Assembly (NCBI GenBank): GCA_965208105.1
Contig: OZ242318.1
Span: 1,696,001 to 1,760,000, forward strand
DNA from: Candidatus Latescibacterota bacterium
Lineage (GTDB): Bacteria; Latescibacterota; UBA2968; UBA8231
Direction of reading: 5' to 3'
Length of the DNA stretch: 64,000 nucleotides
A program made the position numbers and the translations under genes. Positions 9,495 to 18,917 of this stretch are shown piece by piece. The notes below the pieces were generated by a model. It saw only the letters and a program-made list of their open reading frames with translations. It was not told the DNA's origin and did no database searches. Positions within the stretch are counted from its first letter, which is position 1; every line of letters starts with the position of its first letter.

Positions 9495-10627
9495 CCGGAC
9501 CCGGCCTGACCGGCGTCTTCGCTCTGCTCGAGCCCCATGAAGCGGGCCATATTTCCCCCGAGGATGAGATCCATGTCGGCGGCGCCGATGAAGTCGCAGT
9601 AGCTGCGGATGTAGTCCAGGCTCTGGCGGTAGGTCCAGTGCAGCAGCACGATGGGTATGTCGGTTCCCCACATGATGCGCTCGGCGCCGATGCGCTCCAC
9701 CATGGTCTCCAGGGTCGGCCGCATCTGCGGCATGGGATAGTCCCAGCGCGACTGCAGGAAGACGGCGAAGAGGATCTGGATGTGGAAGCTGGGATGGTCG
9801 AGAGGGACCTCCTCGTAGACCGCGTCGGGCACCTCCAGCTTCTCCTCGTCGGCGAAGAGGCGCCAGGGGAAGCCGTGGGTAAGGACCACCGGCACGTCGG
9901 GATAGCGCTCCATCCAGCGCCGCAGAGCCCGCAGCTCGTCGAGATAGGCCTCGGGGAATGCGCCGCCGCCGACGGTGAAGAATACCGGGATATTCAGCGC
10001 CTCCACCGCCTCCCAGTAAGGCTCGAAGCCCCCGCCCTCCCAGGACTCGGCCTGGCCGTAGAGGGGACGGTGAAAGGCCATGAACTGCAGCCCCGCCAGC
10101 CCCAGCTCCCCGATCGCCCGCTCCAGCTTGCGGATGCAGGCGTCGGTCTCCGACTCGATCTTCCACTCCTCCACGTAGGCCAGCCCTTGAATTCGCTGCG
10201 GATAGCGGCGCGCGCAGGCGGCGATGAACTCGTTGGAAAGCCCCATGTAGGGCGTGCGGTGGAGCAGGGCGCGGTCGACCCCGGCGTAGTCCATCTCGGC
10301 CACCAGGCTCTCGGCGGGGTAGGCGAAATCCACGATCCACGGCGGCAGGGCCTGCTTGACGTAGTCCTCGCCGGCGGCGGTCCACTGCACCAGACCGTGG
10401 GGCCCGGTGCGGAAGCCGGCCTCCTTGAGGGCGTCGAAGCTCCATCCCCGCTGCAGGTCGACGAGGCCGCTGACGTCGGCCGGGGCGCGGTCGCGGCGGC
10501 GCCAGCACGGCTGCTGCCGCGCCAGGGCCATGAACAACTGCAGGTGGCGGTGGAATTCCGCCGGGTCCTCGAATCCCCCGTGCTCCCGCGGCGGCGGAAA
10601 GCAGTAGGCGTGCCCGTCGTAGATCAT
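9488..10627 (-). CDS. Amidohydrolase family protein (Amidohydro_2)
   Basis: MIYDGHAY, VLTHG, RIMWGTDIP, ILGGNMARF. Confidence 0.85.
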   Translation of the reverse strand: MIYDGHAYCFPPPREHGGFEDPAEFHRHLQLFMALARQQPCWRRRDRAPADVSGLVDLQRGWSFDALKEAGFRTGPHGLVQWTAAGEDYVKQALPPWIVDFAYPAESLVAEMDYAGVDRALLHRTPYMGLSNEFIAACARRYPQRIQGLAYVEEWKIESETDACIRKLERAIGELGLAGLQFMAFHRPLYGQAESWEGGGFEPYWEAVEALNIPVFFTVGGGAFPEAYLDELRALRRWMERYPDVPVVLTHGFPWRLFADEEKLEVPDAVYEEVPLDHPSFHIQILFAVFLQSRWDYPMPQMRPTLETMVERIGAERIMWGTDIPIVLLHWTYRQSLDYIRSYCDFIGAADMDLILGGNMARFMGLEQSEDAGQAGSGQ

Positions 10628-10643
10628 TGCCTCGTTCCTTTCG

Positions 10644-12098
10644 CTATTGCCTGTGGGAGCCGACCCGGTAGGAGTACAGGCTGGCGGCGTTGTCCGCCTG
10701 CATGTGCAGCCGGATCCTCCTGCCGATGAAGGGAGTCAGGTCGCGGCGCTCCTTCCCCCAGGTGATCTCGAAGTCGGTGGAGTCGCCCCGCACCAGCCCG
10801 TTGCACTCATCCAGCGAGTAGCCCCCGGGCACCTCCATGTCGTCGACGACCCGCAGGCGCAGTTGGCCGAAGAGCACCAGGGCGTTGACCGAGAGCCGCG
10901 GTCCGCCGACGAGAATGGGCTCGGTCATCAGCTCGCCTCCGCCGATGCCGCAGCGCATCGCGGCGAAGGCGTCCCTGCGCAGGGTCAGCATTCCGATGGA
11001 ACTGTGGAAGTTGCCCCCGGTTCCGTGTCCCTGGGGTTTGCCAGAGTAGCCCATGTAGAGGGTGTCCCCTTTCAGGGCGGGCGCGCTCAGGCCGCAGGCC
11101 GCCCAGCCGCCGTCCCATGATCCGGGAGGACCCACCGAAAAAAACTCCTCGCGGCGGCCGACCCGCTGCCAGTGCTCGACCTCGCGCGCCGAGGCCAGCT
11201 CCATGGCGCTCAGCTCGGTGGGATGCCAGACCCACAGTACGCCCAGGTACTGGTTGCCGTAGACGAAGGGCACCATCTGGTAGAGCTGGATGTCGGGGGG
11301 GTCCATGTCGTCCGGTTTGAGCACGGTCTTCAGTGGGGTCCAGTGGACGAAGTCGGCGCTGGTGGACAGGGCGATTACGCGGCGGTACTTCTTCCACTCC
11401 AGGACGAAGTGGTCCATGAGGGAGTTGTAGCGCCGCGAGGCGGAGATGTAGCCCTGCCCGATGGGATCGCAGGCCAGCACCCCGGCGTCGCCGGCGCGCG
11501 GGACCAGGAGCCCCTCCTCCGGGTTCCAGTGGATCCCGTCGGCGGAGCAGCAGGCGAACATGCCGTGGCTGTCGGCCACCGACTTCATGAAAAGGCCCCG
11601 GGCCTGGGGGTCCTCCGGACCCGGGCTTCCCCCGGGCTGAATGTACAGACCCAGCTTGTAGCGCCGCGCCGGGTCCTCTTCCAGGGGGTCCACCACAACC
11701 CCCCAGGGGTCGCCCCTGGTGGCCAGCACGATGTTGTTGTCCTTGGACCCACGGAACTCGACCAGGCCCAGCTCGGGCCGCTCCCAGCGGACGCCGTCGC
11801 TGGAGGTGGCGTAGCAGAGGAAGGTGGGAGCGCCGGCGTGCATCTCCTCGATGCTGCAGGACCAGGTCCAGTACCACATCTTGAAGAGGTTTTCCTCCGC
11901 CTCGTAGTGCAGGCCGCCCTTGATCTGCACGGTGCGGCCCTCCCATGGCCGTTCCGGCCTCAGCACCGGCTCCGTCTGCACCCTCGCGGGTCGCTGCACC
12001 TTGCGCAGAAAGCCGGGATGGTCCTGCACCTCGGCGTCGTCGACGAAGAGGTGCAATCCGGGGTCGTAGAGACCGCTCCCGTTTCCGTCCTCTGTCAT
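10644..12098 (-). CDS. Five-bladed beta-propeller glycoside-hydrolase-like protein
   Basis: LFVDD, PERPWE, YATSSDGVRWERPELG, SADGIHW, C-terminal LRRDAFAA/GELMTEP domain; no signal peptide. Confidence 0.7.
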   Translation of the reverse strand: MTEDGNGSGLYDPGLHLFVDDAEVQDHPGFLRKVQRPARVQTEPVLRPERPWEGRTVQIKGGLHYEAEENLFKMWYWTWSCSIEEMHAGAPTFLCYATSSDGVRWERPELGLVEFRGSKDNNIVLATRGDPWGVVVDPLEEDPARRYKLGLYIQPGGSPGPEDPQARGLFMKSVADSHGMFACCSADGIHWNPEEGLLVPRAGDAGVLACDPIGQGYISASRRYNSLMDHFVLEWKKYRRVIALSTSADFVHWTPLKTVLKPDDMDPPDIQLYQMVPFVYGNQYLGVLWVWHPTELSAMELASAREVEHWQRVGRREEFFSVGPPGSWDGGWAACGLSAPALKGDTLYMGYSGKPQGHGTGGNFHSSIGMLTLRRDAFAAMRCGIGGGELMTEPILVGGPRLSVNALVLFGQLRLRVVDDMEVPGGYSLDECNGLVRGDSTDFEITWGKERRDLTPFIGRRIRLHMQADNAASLYSYRVGSHRQ

Positions 12099-12174
12099 TC
12101 CCTTCCTTTCACCAAGTCGAGGCCGCGGCCGCTGGGCGGCCTGCGGTTCCTCGTCTTCCTCCGAAGGCCCGTTC

Positions 12175-12924
12175 TCACTCGGGACCTTCCTCCTCCATCC
12201 GCATGAGGGTGGACTCGTCGCGCCAGCGCGGACTGGTCTTCTCCATCTCCCTGGTGCGCCGGGCCAGGCACGAGCAGTTCTGCGCCAGCACCTCGAAGAT
12301 CCGGTTGGCGACGATGCGGTGCCCCAGGTCGTTGGCGTGCACCCCGTCGTAGTGGATCATCCAGTCGGTCTCGGCGTATGCGTCGAGCAGGTCGACGAAG
12401 AGACAGTCCTCCTCCGCCGCCACCGCGGCTATTCCCCGGCTGTAGTCCCTGAAAATTTCCAGGTTGGCATGGCCGTATCCTCCCTCCCTGCCCACCTCGA
12501 AATCCCACATGTAGTAGGGCCCGGGCAACACGATCACCGGGTCCAGCCTGGCGCGCACCCGCCGCACCAGGCTCACCATCACCTCCCGGAACAGGGACCA
12601 CGACGTGCCGCCGCGGGCGTCGTTGAGCCCGTAGGAGATGACCAGCAGATCGGGGGCCTGGTCGATGACGTGGCGCTGCAGGCGCTCGTCCGCCGCCGGC
12701 TTGCCGCTGGTGGCGTAGGCGGGCGACCTGCTCGAGATCAGGTTGGCCCCGATTCCGGCGTTGAAGACCTCCAGGGGCCGCTCCTGGAAATCGTCGATCA
12801 GGGCCGCCAGCCTGGGCACCCAGCAGCGCTCCGGCGAGGTGGACCATCCTCCCGCCGTCGTGCTCTCCCCCAGGGCGACGAACCTGTTGAACTCCCCGGA
12901 GCGGTAGTCCCTTTTCGCGACCAT
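12175..12924 (-). CDS. SGNH/GDSL hydrolase
   Basis: ALGESTTAG (block I), NAGIG, YGLND, DGVHAN. Confidence 0.9.
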   Translation of the reverse strand: MVAKRDYRSGEFNRFVALGESTTAGGWSTSPERCWVPRLAALIDDFQERPLEVFNAGIGANLISSRSPAYATSGKPAADERLQRHVIDQAPDLLVISYGLNDARGGTSWSLFREVMVSLVRRVRARLDPVIVLPGPYYMWDFEVGREGGYGHANLEIFRDYSRGIAAVAAEEDCLFVDLLDAYAETDWMIHYDGVHANDLGHRIVANRIFEVLAQNCSCLARRTREMEKTSPRWRDESTLMRMEEEGPE

Positions 12925-12925
12925 C

Positions 12926-14197
12926 CTAGTCCTCCTTCAGGCGCCAGAACTCGACGCCGTTGTCGTGCAGAATGCGGCGGGCGACCAGCAGGGCCAGCTC
13001 CACGTCGAAGTAGCCGCGCCGCACCAGGTCCGCCAGCACGTCGGCCACCAGCCCGCGGGCTACCACCAGGGAGCCGTAGCTCTGCTCCAGCATGGTGTGA
13101 TCGCCGCCCCAGGCGAAGATCTTGTTCATGGGCGCGTTCTCTATCCAGGAGGTCAGGGCTTCGCGGTAGCCGGCGTAGGAGATCCCGTGCAGCCAGCATC
13201 CGTCCACGAAGACGTTCTCGTGGTTTTGGGCCATGAGGCCGGCCTGAGTACTCCAGGGATAGCCTCCGTGGAAGAGGTCGACGCGCAGGTCCGGGTGGTT
13301 GTAGAAAAACTCGGTGAGGTGGACCGGGCTGCTGTCGCCGACATGGCTGGTCATGCCGGTGTGAATCTGCAGCGGCACGTCGGCTTCGACGCAGAGTTCG
13401 GCGAGGCGGTTCATCATGTAGTCCTGAAAGACCTTCTTCTCCTGCGGGGAAGCCTCCAGGACGCCGCGGTCGAAGATGCGCGCCGCCTCCTGCCGCGGCG
13501 GACTGTCGAAATCGAGCCGGCGGTTGTAGGCCAGGCCGCACTTGAACCCGGCCGCCCCGTTCTTCAGGCTGCGCGCGAACATCTCCTCGAAGAGCTCCAC
13601 CCACTGCTCGAAATTTCTTCCGGGGAAGTCCTCGAGGAATTTGTCGAGCCGGCGCCCTTCGTGGATGAATCCGTCGAGGCGAATGACATTGATCAGGATG
13701 TGGTCGCTGGGCTCGGTGTTGGGCAGGATGGCGAGACCGGCCTTGGCGTCGAGCACGGTGGCGGTGGTCCCCATGCGCGCGGAAAGCTCGGCGCCCCGGC
13801 CTTTGCGCTCGCGGCTGTACTCGCGAATGCGCTGCGATGCCCGGCGCCAGCCATCGCAGTAGAGATCCTTCTCCTCCACGTCGAAGAGATCGCGCAGTGA
13901 GACCAGCAGGTAGCGGTAATAAACAGTGTTGCGCACCAGCTCCAGGTAGGGAGAAATCAGGCTCCAGGCGCGCTCGGAGCCGTCCTCGAGCTGCGGATCG
14001 CCGAGGTAGTCGAAGTCCGGCGTCCGGGCCAGTCCCGCCGCCCTCAGATTGCTGCTCAGGTAGCCGTAGGAGAGGAAATAGGGCAGATCCATCTCCTGCT
14101 CGTGGTCGGTGCTGAAAGATTTCCAGCAGTGCTCGTGGTAGTTGAACACGGGCATGGCGGCGATCTCGTCGCCCAGTCGTTGGCGAATCTTGTCCAT
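12926..14197 (-). CDS. Amidohydrolase superfamily protein (uronate-isomerase-like TIM barrel)
   Basis: FNYHEH, LQIHTG, DLFHGGYP, WGGD. Confidence 0.8.
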   Translation of the reverse strand: MDKIRQRLGDEIAAMPVFNYHEHCWKSFSTDHEQEMDLPYFLSYGYLSSNLRAAGLARTPDFDYLGDPQLEDGSERAWSLISPYLELVRNTVYYRYLLVSLRDLFDVEEKDLYCDGWRRASQRIREYSRERKGRGAELSARMGTTATVLDAKAGLAILPNTEPSDHILINVIRLDGFIHEGRRLDKFLEDFPGRNFEQWVELFEEMFARSLKNGAAGFKCGLAYNRRLDFDSPPRQEAARIFDRGVLEASPQEKKVFQDYMMNRLAELCVEADVPLQIHTGMTSHVGDSSPVHLTEFFYNHPDLRVDLFHGGYPWSTQAGLMAQNHENVFVDGCWLHGISYAGYREALTSWIENAPMNKIFAWGGDHTMLEQSYGSLVVARGLVADVLADLVRRGYFDVELALLVARRILHDNGVEFWRLKED

Positions 14198-14222
14198 TTT
14201 GACTCCTTGTCGTTTCCCGAGG

Positions 14223-15722
14223 TCAGCCGCCTTCGTCCACGTAAACGGCGTAAACCCGGGCGTCTTCAGCCCTGATTCCCTCCCACTTGACCCGGATGCG
14301 CACCGGGTGGTCGAATCCCTCCAACTCCTCCCGGCGGCGCCAGGTTACCGGGAGACGCATACCCTCCCCTCCGATGGGAACGCAGTCCTCCCCCGAGTAG
14401 CCGGGCATCGGCTCGAACTCGCGATTGAGGACCTCTACCCTCAGGCTGCTGTGGGGGGAGCAGGCCGCGTTCAGGTAGACCCGGGCCCCGGCCCGGGTAA
14501 GCTCGATGGGGCACGAAATGCAGTGGGGCGGCTCGATGTCTTCGGCCTCTCCGGGCGGAACGGACCCGGGCGAAGGGGCGAGAAACCCCATGCGGTCCCG
14601 GGGCCAGGTGGCCAGGCGCACCCCGGTGCGGCGCGGCGGATCGTAGCGCCAGACTCCGTACCAGAACAGGGTGCGCTCGCCCTCGTTGGCGAACCCCTGG
14701 CCCTGCAGCAGCCGCGGGGGACCATCGTCGAGCTCCTCGTAGTACGGAACGAACTTGAAATCGGGCACGGGCTCCCTGAAGTGCATGGCGTCGTTGCTGG
14801 TCACCATGCCCAGATCGCAGGTGCCGTAGCGCCGGTCGTTGGTCTCGTTGTGGTACTGCCCGTAGATGCCGACGAGCACGTTGCCCCTGTTCCACAGAGA
14901 GGCGCCCATGTGCACCTGCTCGCCGCGGTGGAGCTCGAAATCGGTGGGCGGATGGGGCGGCACCGGGTCGCGCCGGAATCCCGGGACCACGGCCTGGGTC
15001 CAGTGATCGAAGTCATAGGAAGCGTAGGTGGCCAGGGTGCGCTTGCGGGCTCCCCTGATGGGATGGGCCACGCTGCCCCCCTGTCCATTCAGGTAGTAGC
15101 AGCCGCCGAAGCTGACGAGGCCGCCGGGCTCCAGCGAGTTGCCCCTCAGTATGGGGTTGTGGGGCGATTGCTCCCAGCGCAGTCCGTCAGCGCTGAAGGC
15201 GGCGCGGATGTCGCTGGGGTCAACCTCGTAGACCATCTTGAAGCGCCGTCCGGGATTGGGGTCTTCCGGCTCGTGGATGACCAGAACGAAGTTGGCCATT
15301 TGATCCAGGGGCTGCCCGGCCTCGGCGAACCTCACCAAGTTGTTGGCCTTGTGTCCGTCGTAGTCCACCAGGCCGAGCTCGGTTTTCTCCCACTCCATGC
15401 CGTCCCTGGACCGGGCATGGCACACCCGCCGGACCTCGTCTTCGCCGCGGCCCAGGTACCACATCCTGAATTCGCCGTCGACCCGCAGCACGCTGCCGTA
15501 GTAGCACACCTCGCGGCAGTCGGGATCGCCGGGTCCGCCCTCGGGCACCACCACCTTGCCCGGGTGGTCCGGATCGAATCCGTGTCCCGAATTGAAATTG
15601 CTCTTGTGTCCGGGAACGAGCTCCAGCAGCAGCCCCTTGTTGAAGGGCAGGGAATAGGTGTCGAAGGAAAACAGGACCGCCTCGTCGATGGACTGCGCCG
15701 GTCCGCCATTGTGAAGTATCAC
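14223..15722 (-). CDS. Five-bladed beta-propeller glycoside-hydrolase-like protein
   Basis: FRMWYLG, HARSRDGMEWEKTELG, SADGLRW, C-terminal RDRMG...LNA...LRVEV domain. Confidence 0.7.
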   Translation of the reverse strand: MILHNGGPAQSIDEAVLFSFDTYSLPFNKGLLLELVPGHKSNFNSGHGFDPDHPGKVVVPEGGPGDPDCREVCYYGSVLRVDGEFRMWYLGRGEDEVRRVCHARSRDGMEWEKTELGLVDYDGHKANNLVRFAEAGQPLDQMANFVLVIHEPEDPNPGRRFKMVYEVDPSDIRAAFSADGLRWEQSPHNPILRGNSLEPGGLVSFGGCYYLNGQGGSVAHPIRGARKRTLATYASYDFDHWTQAVVPGFRRDPVPPHPPTDFELHRGEQVHMGASLWNRGNVLVGIYGQYHNETNDRRYGTCDLGMVTSNDAMHFREPVPDFKFVPYYEELDDGPPRLLQGQGFANEGERTLFWYGVWRYDPPRRTGVRLATWPRDRMGFLAPSPGSVPPGEAEDIEPPHCISCPIELTRAGARVYLNAACSPHSSLRVEVLNREFEPMPGYSGEDCVPIGGEGMRLPVTWRRREELEGFDHPVRIRVKWEGIRAEDARVYAVYVDEGG

Positions 15723-15784
15723 AAACTGCCTCCTTTTCTGTTTCGGGAGCCGGAACCGCCGGCTGGGCGGCCGCCTGCCCCCGA

Positions 15785-15843
15785 GCCGTGAGCCGGGATG
15801 GATCGGCGGAATAATGGCGACATATCTCTGCGACGGGACACTA
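15785..15843 (-). repeat. Truncated MITE-like element joined to the TAG stop of P2
   Basis: Reverse complement matches 33977-34035 at 56/59 nt. Confidence 0.8.
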
Positions 15844-18831
15844 TATGGGTCTTCCGAACTCGGTGAATCCCACCAGGCACCGCACGAAGAAGCTCCAGCC
15901 GTCGAATCCCTGGAAGTTCTGGAATGCCAGGTCGTACTCCTTCCCGTCCTTGTTGAGCCCGACGATGGTGTACAACTCGTAGCCGAAGTAGCGCGAGCTG
16001 TTGGTCAGGGTGAGGAAGGCGGTGCGCTGCTCGAAGCTGAAGCGGCCTGCCACCCGGTCGTGGCGCCGGTAGGGCATGGGTCCCCATCCCTGCGCTCCCG
16101 CCCGCAGGGTCGTGCGCAGCAGGAGCGGGTACTCGAGGCGAAGGATGGGGATGGAACGCAACTCGTCGCGCACCGCCCGGCCGCGCTCCCGGTCCATCAA
16201 ACGCAGGAGCATGAGTTTGTACTGCGGGGTCACCTTCAGCCGGCCCCATCGCAGGGTGTAGCCCGCGCGGCTGACCAAGGTGAAGAAATCCAGGCGGCGC
16301 TCCTTCTGGAAGAGGCCGTTGTGGAGACGGCCGCCCTGCTGCCAGTTGAAGCGCAGGCGCAGCTTCTGCACCAGGTCGAGGGCGGGCAACGGCCGCAGCC
16401 TGGCCTCGAGGTAGCTCTCGTTGACGTAGCTGTCCTGGTAGAAGAGCAGGTCGGGGACGAAGCGGCTGCTGAAAACCGGCGGATAGTCGTGGATGAAGGC
16501 GTCGATCACGTTGCCCCTGCCGAGGCCGCGAAAGCTGAAGTTGCGCGTCCGGTCCCCCCTGTCGTCCGTGGCCACGTACTCGTCGGCGATGTCGTCCTGC
16601 ACACGGCGCAGGCTGTTCTCGAAAAACACCTGTCTCAGCCGGCCGATGCCCTTGCGCCGGTAAGTCAGCAGGGCGTAAGCCGAGCGGTTGCGGCCCCCCC
16701 CGGCGATCTGCGCGGAGGCGAAACCGCCCAGGGACAGGGACCAGTGGCGGCTCAGGTTGAGTTGCCCGAAGAGGTGGTAGCCGCGCTGGTCGTGGTCGTA
16801 GGGATAGTCCACCTCGCCGTCGTCCTCGCGCGGATCGGGCTCGTCGTTGTGGTTGCGGTCGAGACCGTAGGCGTAGGCGTTGGGCTCCACGTCGTACATG
16901 AGGAATGGCTCGTCCGAATCGGGAATGAGGTCCCCGTCGCGGTTGGTCTCGGGCCAGCCGTCGTTGTCCTCGTCCTGCCCCAGAAATACGCCGTCGAGAT
17001 CATATCCCTGGCTGTCGTTGCCATAGCCCACGAGATTGCCGATGCGCCGGTCGGGAAAGCGGTCGCCGTCGTCGTTGTCCTCCACCAGCTCCCAGTAGAG
17101 GGTAGAGTTGGTGATCCCCATGATATTGGAGTGAAACAGGGCGTCTTCCCAGTGGATATAGGTGCGCATCTCGGTCTGGAAGCCGGGATTGATGGCGAAG
17201 TACTCGGCCCCCGCCCGCCCTCTCTCGAACCAGCGGGTGGCGTTGAGAAAATAGGCCGAACCCCGCTGCGCCGAGGCCGGGCTCTCGTCGAACAGAGGGG
17301 CTCCAACCTGGTGGCCGGGATAGCGCGAGTAGAGGGCCGAGCGCGCGTACTCTCCCGACACCTCGAGGCCGGGAAGGGCCAGCTTCACATCCGCGCTGTA
17401 GGTGAAGATTCCCGTGTTCTCTCCCACGTCGATGCGCCGGCGCCTGAAGTTGCTGAGGTCGCGCACGTTCCCTGCGGCGCGCCGCACCGTCTGGAAGTAG
17501 GTCGCCAGGTACTGGGCGTTGTAGGTCTTTCCGCGTGGATTCTGATTGCTCAAAAGGGCCACCTCGACGAGGAAGTCATTGCCCAGGAACGCCTCCAACT
17601 GCACCGACTCCACCCGCGGCTCCTGCGACAGGTCGAAGACGAATACCAACTGCTCCTCGCCGTCGGCGCGCAAAATCTCCCCGGGAGATTCAACATGGAT
17701 GTTTCCCACCAGCCCCTCGAGGTTGGTGGCCCCGCCCACGTCGATTCCGGCCTCGTGGTCCAGCCGGTAGAGATAGTCCGCGTAGAGGGGAATTTCCCGG
17801 CCGCGAAAAACCGCCGTGTTGGGGATCCGGGTTCTCGGAGAGGTGTAGTTGGTGGGCCGGAAGCTGCCGGTCGCCTGGGAAACGGACCCCACCTGGGGCG
17901 TGATCCCCTGCCAGTGCCGCACGACCCGGGGGCGGATGTCGGTGCGCACCTCGCCGTTGATCACCAGGCTCACCTCCTGCACCACCGCTCCGCCCACGCC
18001 GTCGGCCGGCGAATCGTCGGAAAAGCGCACCAGAATATAGTCCATCAGCGGCTGATCGGGGCGCAGCACTCCCCTGAGGGTATTGCCCTCCCGGATGCTG
18101 TTGTACAGGTGCATGTTGGCCCAGTTCAGGCCCAGGCGCAGGCGCCCCAGGTCCGCCTCGGTGCGGCCGCCCAGAAGCAGAATGGAATCTTCGGCGTAGT
18201 GGGTCTTCTCGATGTTCCAAATCGCCGCCACCTCCTGGTAGGCGTGGGGGCGCTCGATGCGCGAGGCCATGCCGGTGAAACTCAGGCGGGGAATGGCCAG
18301 ATCGAAACGCGCCCCGTTGAAATTCACCTTCGACAGGGTCAGGGGGGTGAAGTGCGCCAGCAGTCCGTCTCCGACCAGCAGGCTGTAGCCCCAACCGCCG
18401 TAGCCGTCCTTGGCCATCACCAGGCTGTCGAAGGACTGAATCCAGGACCCACCACCTTCCTCCACTTCGTTGTCCTTGAAGATGGAGCTGCCGTACTCCT
18501 GACCCGGCTGGCGCCTCTCGTGCCAGTTGTAGAGATCGTAGCCGGTGATCAGGTAGTCGCCCATGGGCCCGTAATATGCCTGCGGCGCCTCTACGAAGGG
18601 CCGGCGGCCCGACCAGGAGTGGTAGGGTGGATAGGAGAAATGCTCGAGGGCGTAGTTGCGGTAGGTCTGGCGGTCCCAGCGCAGGTACGGCCGCGCCGAG
18701 GTCAGATCGGGACTCCCCTGGGTGCGAACCGGAGGGTCCTCTCCACTTGCCGCAGTGCCCACCAGGGTCAGCGACAGGGACACGATCAGGCCGAATGCAG
18801 GCTGGAAACGGGACATGACCTTCTCTCTCAT
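15841..18831 (-). CDS. Large secreted/outer-membrane protein, paralog P2
   Basis: 996 aa, signal peptide, same conserved blocks, ends GFTEFGRPI. Confidence 0.88.
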   Translation of the reverse strand: MREKVMSRFQPAFGLIVSLSLTLVGTAASGEDPPVRTQGSPDLTSARPYLRWDRQTYRNYALEHFSYPPYHSWSGRRPFVEAPQAYYGPMGDYLITGYDLYNWHERRQPGQEYGSSIFKDNEVEEGGGSWIQSFDSLVMAKDGYGGWGYSLLVGDGLLAHFTPLTLSKVNFNGARFDLAIPRLSFTGMASRIERPHAYQEVAAIWNIEKTHYAEDSILLLGGRTEADLGRLRLGLNWANMHLYNSIREGNTLRGVLRPDQPLMDYILVRFSDDSPADGVGGAVVQEVSLVINGEVRTDIRPRVVRHWQGITPQVGSVSQATGSFRPTNYTSPRTRIPNTAVFRGREIPLYADYLYRLDHEAGIDVGGATNLEGLVGNIHVESPGEILRADGEEQLVFVFDLSQEPRVESVQLEAFLGNDFLVEVALLSNQNPRGKTYNAQYLATYFQTVRRAAGNVRDLSNFRRRRIDVGENTGIFTYSADVKLALPGLEVSGEYARSALYSRYPGHQVGAPLFDESPASAQRGSAYFLNATRWFERGRAGAEYFAINPGFQTEMRTYIHWEDALFHSNIMGITNSTLYWELVEDNDDGDRFPDRRIGNLVGYGNDSQGYDLDGVFLGQDEDNDGWPETNRDGDLIPDSDEPFLMYDVEPNAYAYGLDRNHNDEPDPREDDGEVDYPYDHDQRGYHLFGQLNLSRHWSLSLGGFASAQIAGGGRNRSAYALLTYRRKGIGRLRQVFFENSLRRVQDDIADEYVATDDRGDRTRNFSFRGLGRGNVIDAFIHDYPPVFSSRFVPDLLFYQDSYVNESYLEARLRPLPALDLVQKLRLRFNWQQGGRLHNGLFQKERRLDFFTLVSRAGYTLRWGRLKVTPQYKLMLLRLMDRERGRAVRDELRSIPILRLEYPLLLRTTLRAGAQGWGPMPYRRHDRVAGRFSFEQRTAFLTLTNSSRYFGYELYTIVGLNKDGKEYDLAFQNFQGFDGWSFFVRCLVGFTEFGRPI

Positions 18832-18917
18832 CTTGCCTCAATCCGGGAAAAACCGCCTGGCGAAAATTTACTGCAATGCATCAATGCGGAACCTTCAGGC
18901 GGCCCCCGGTGCAGGCC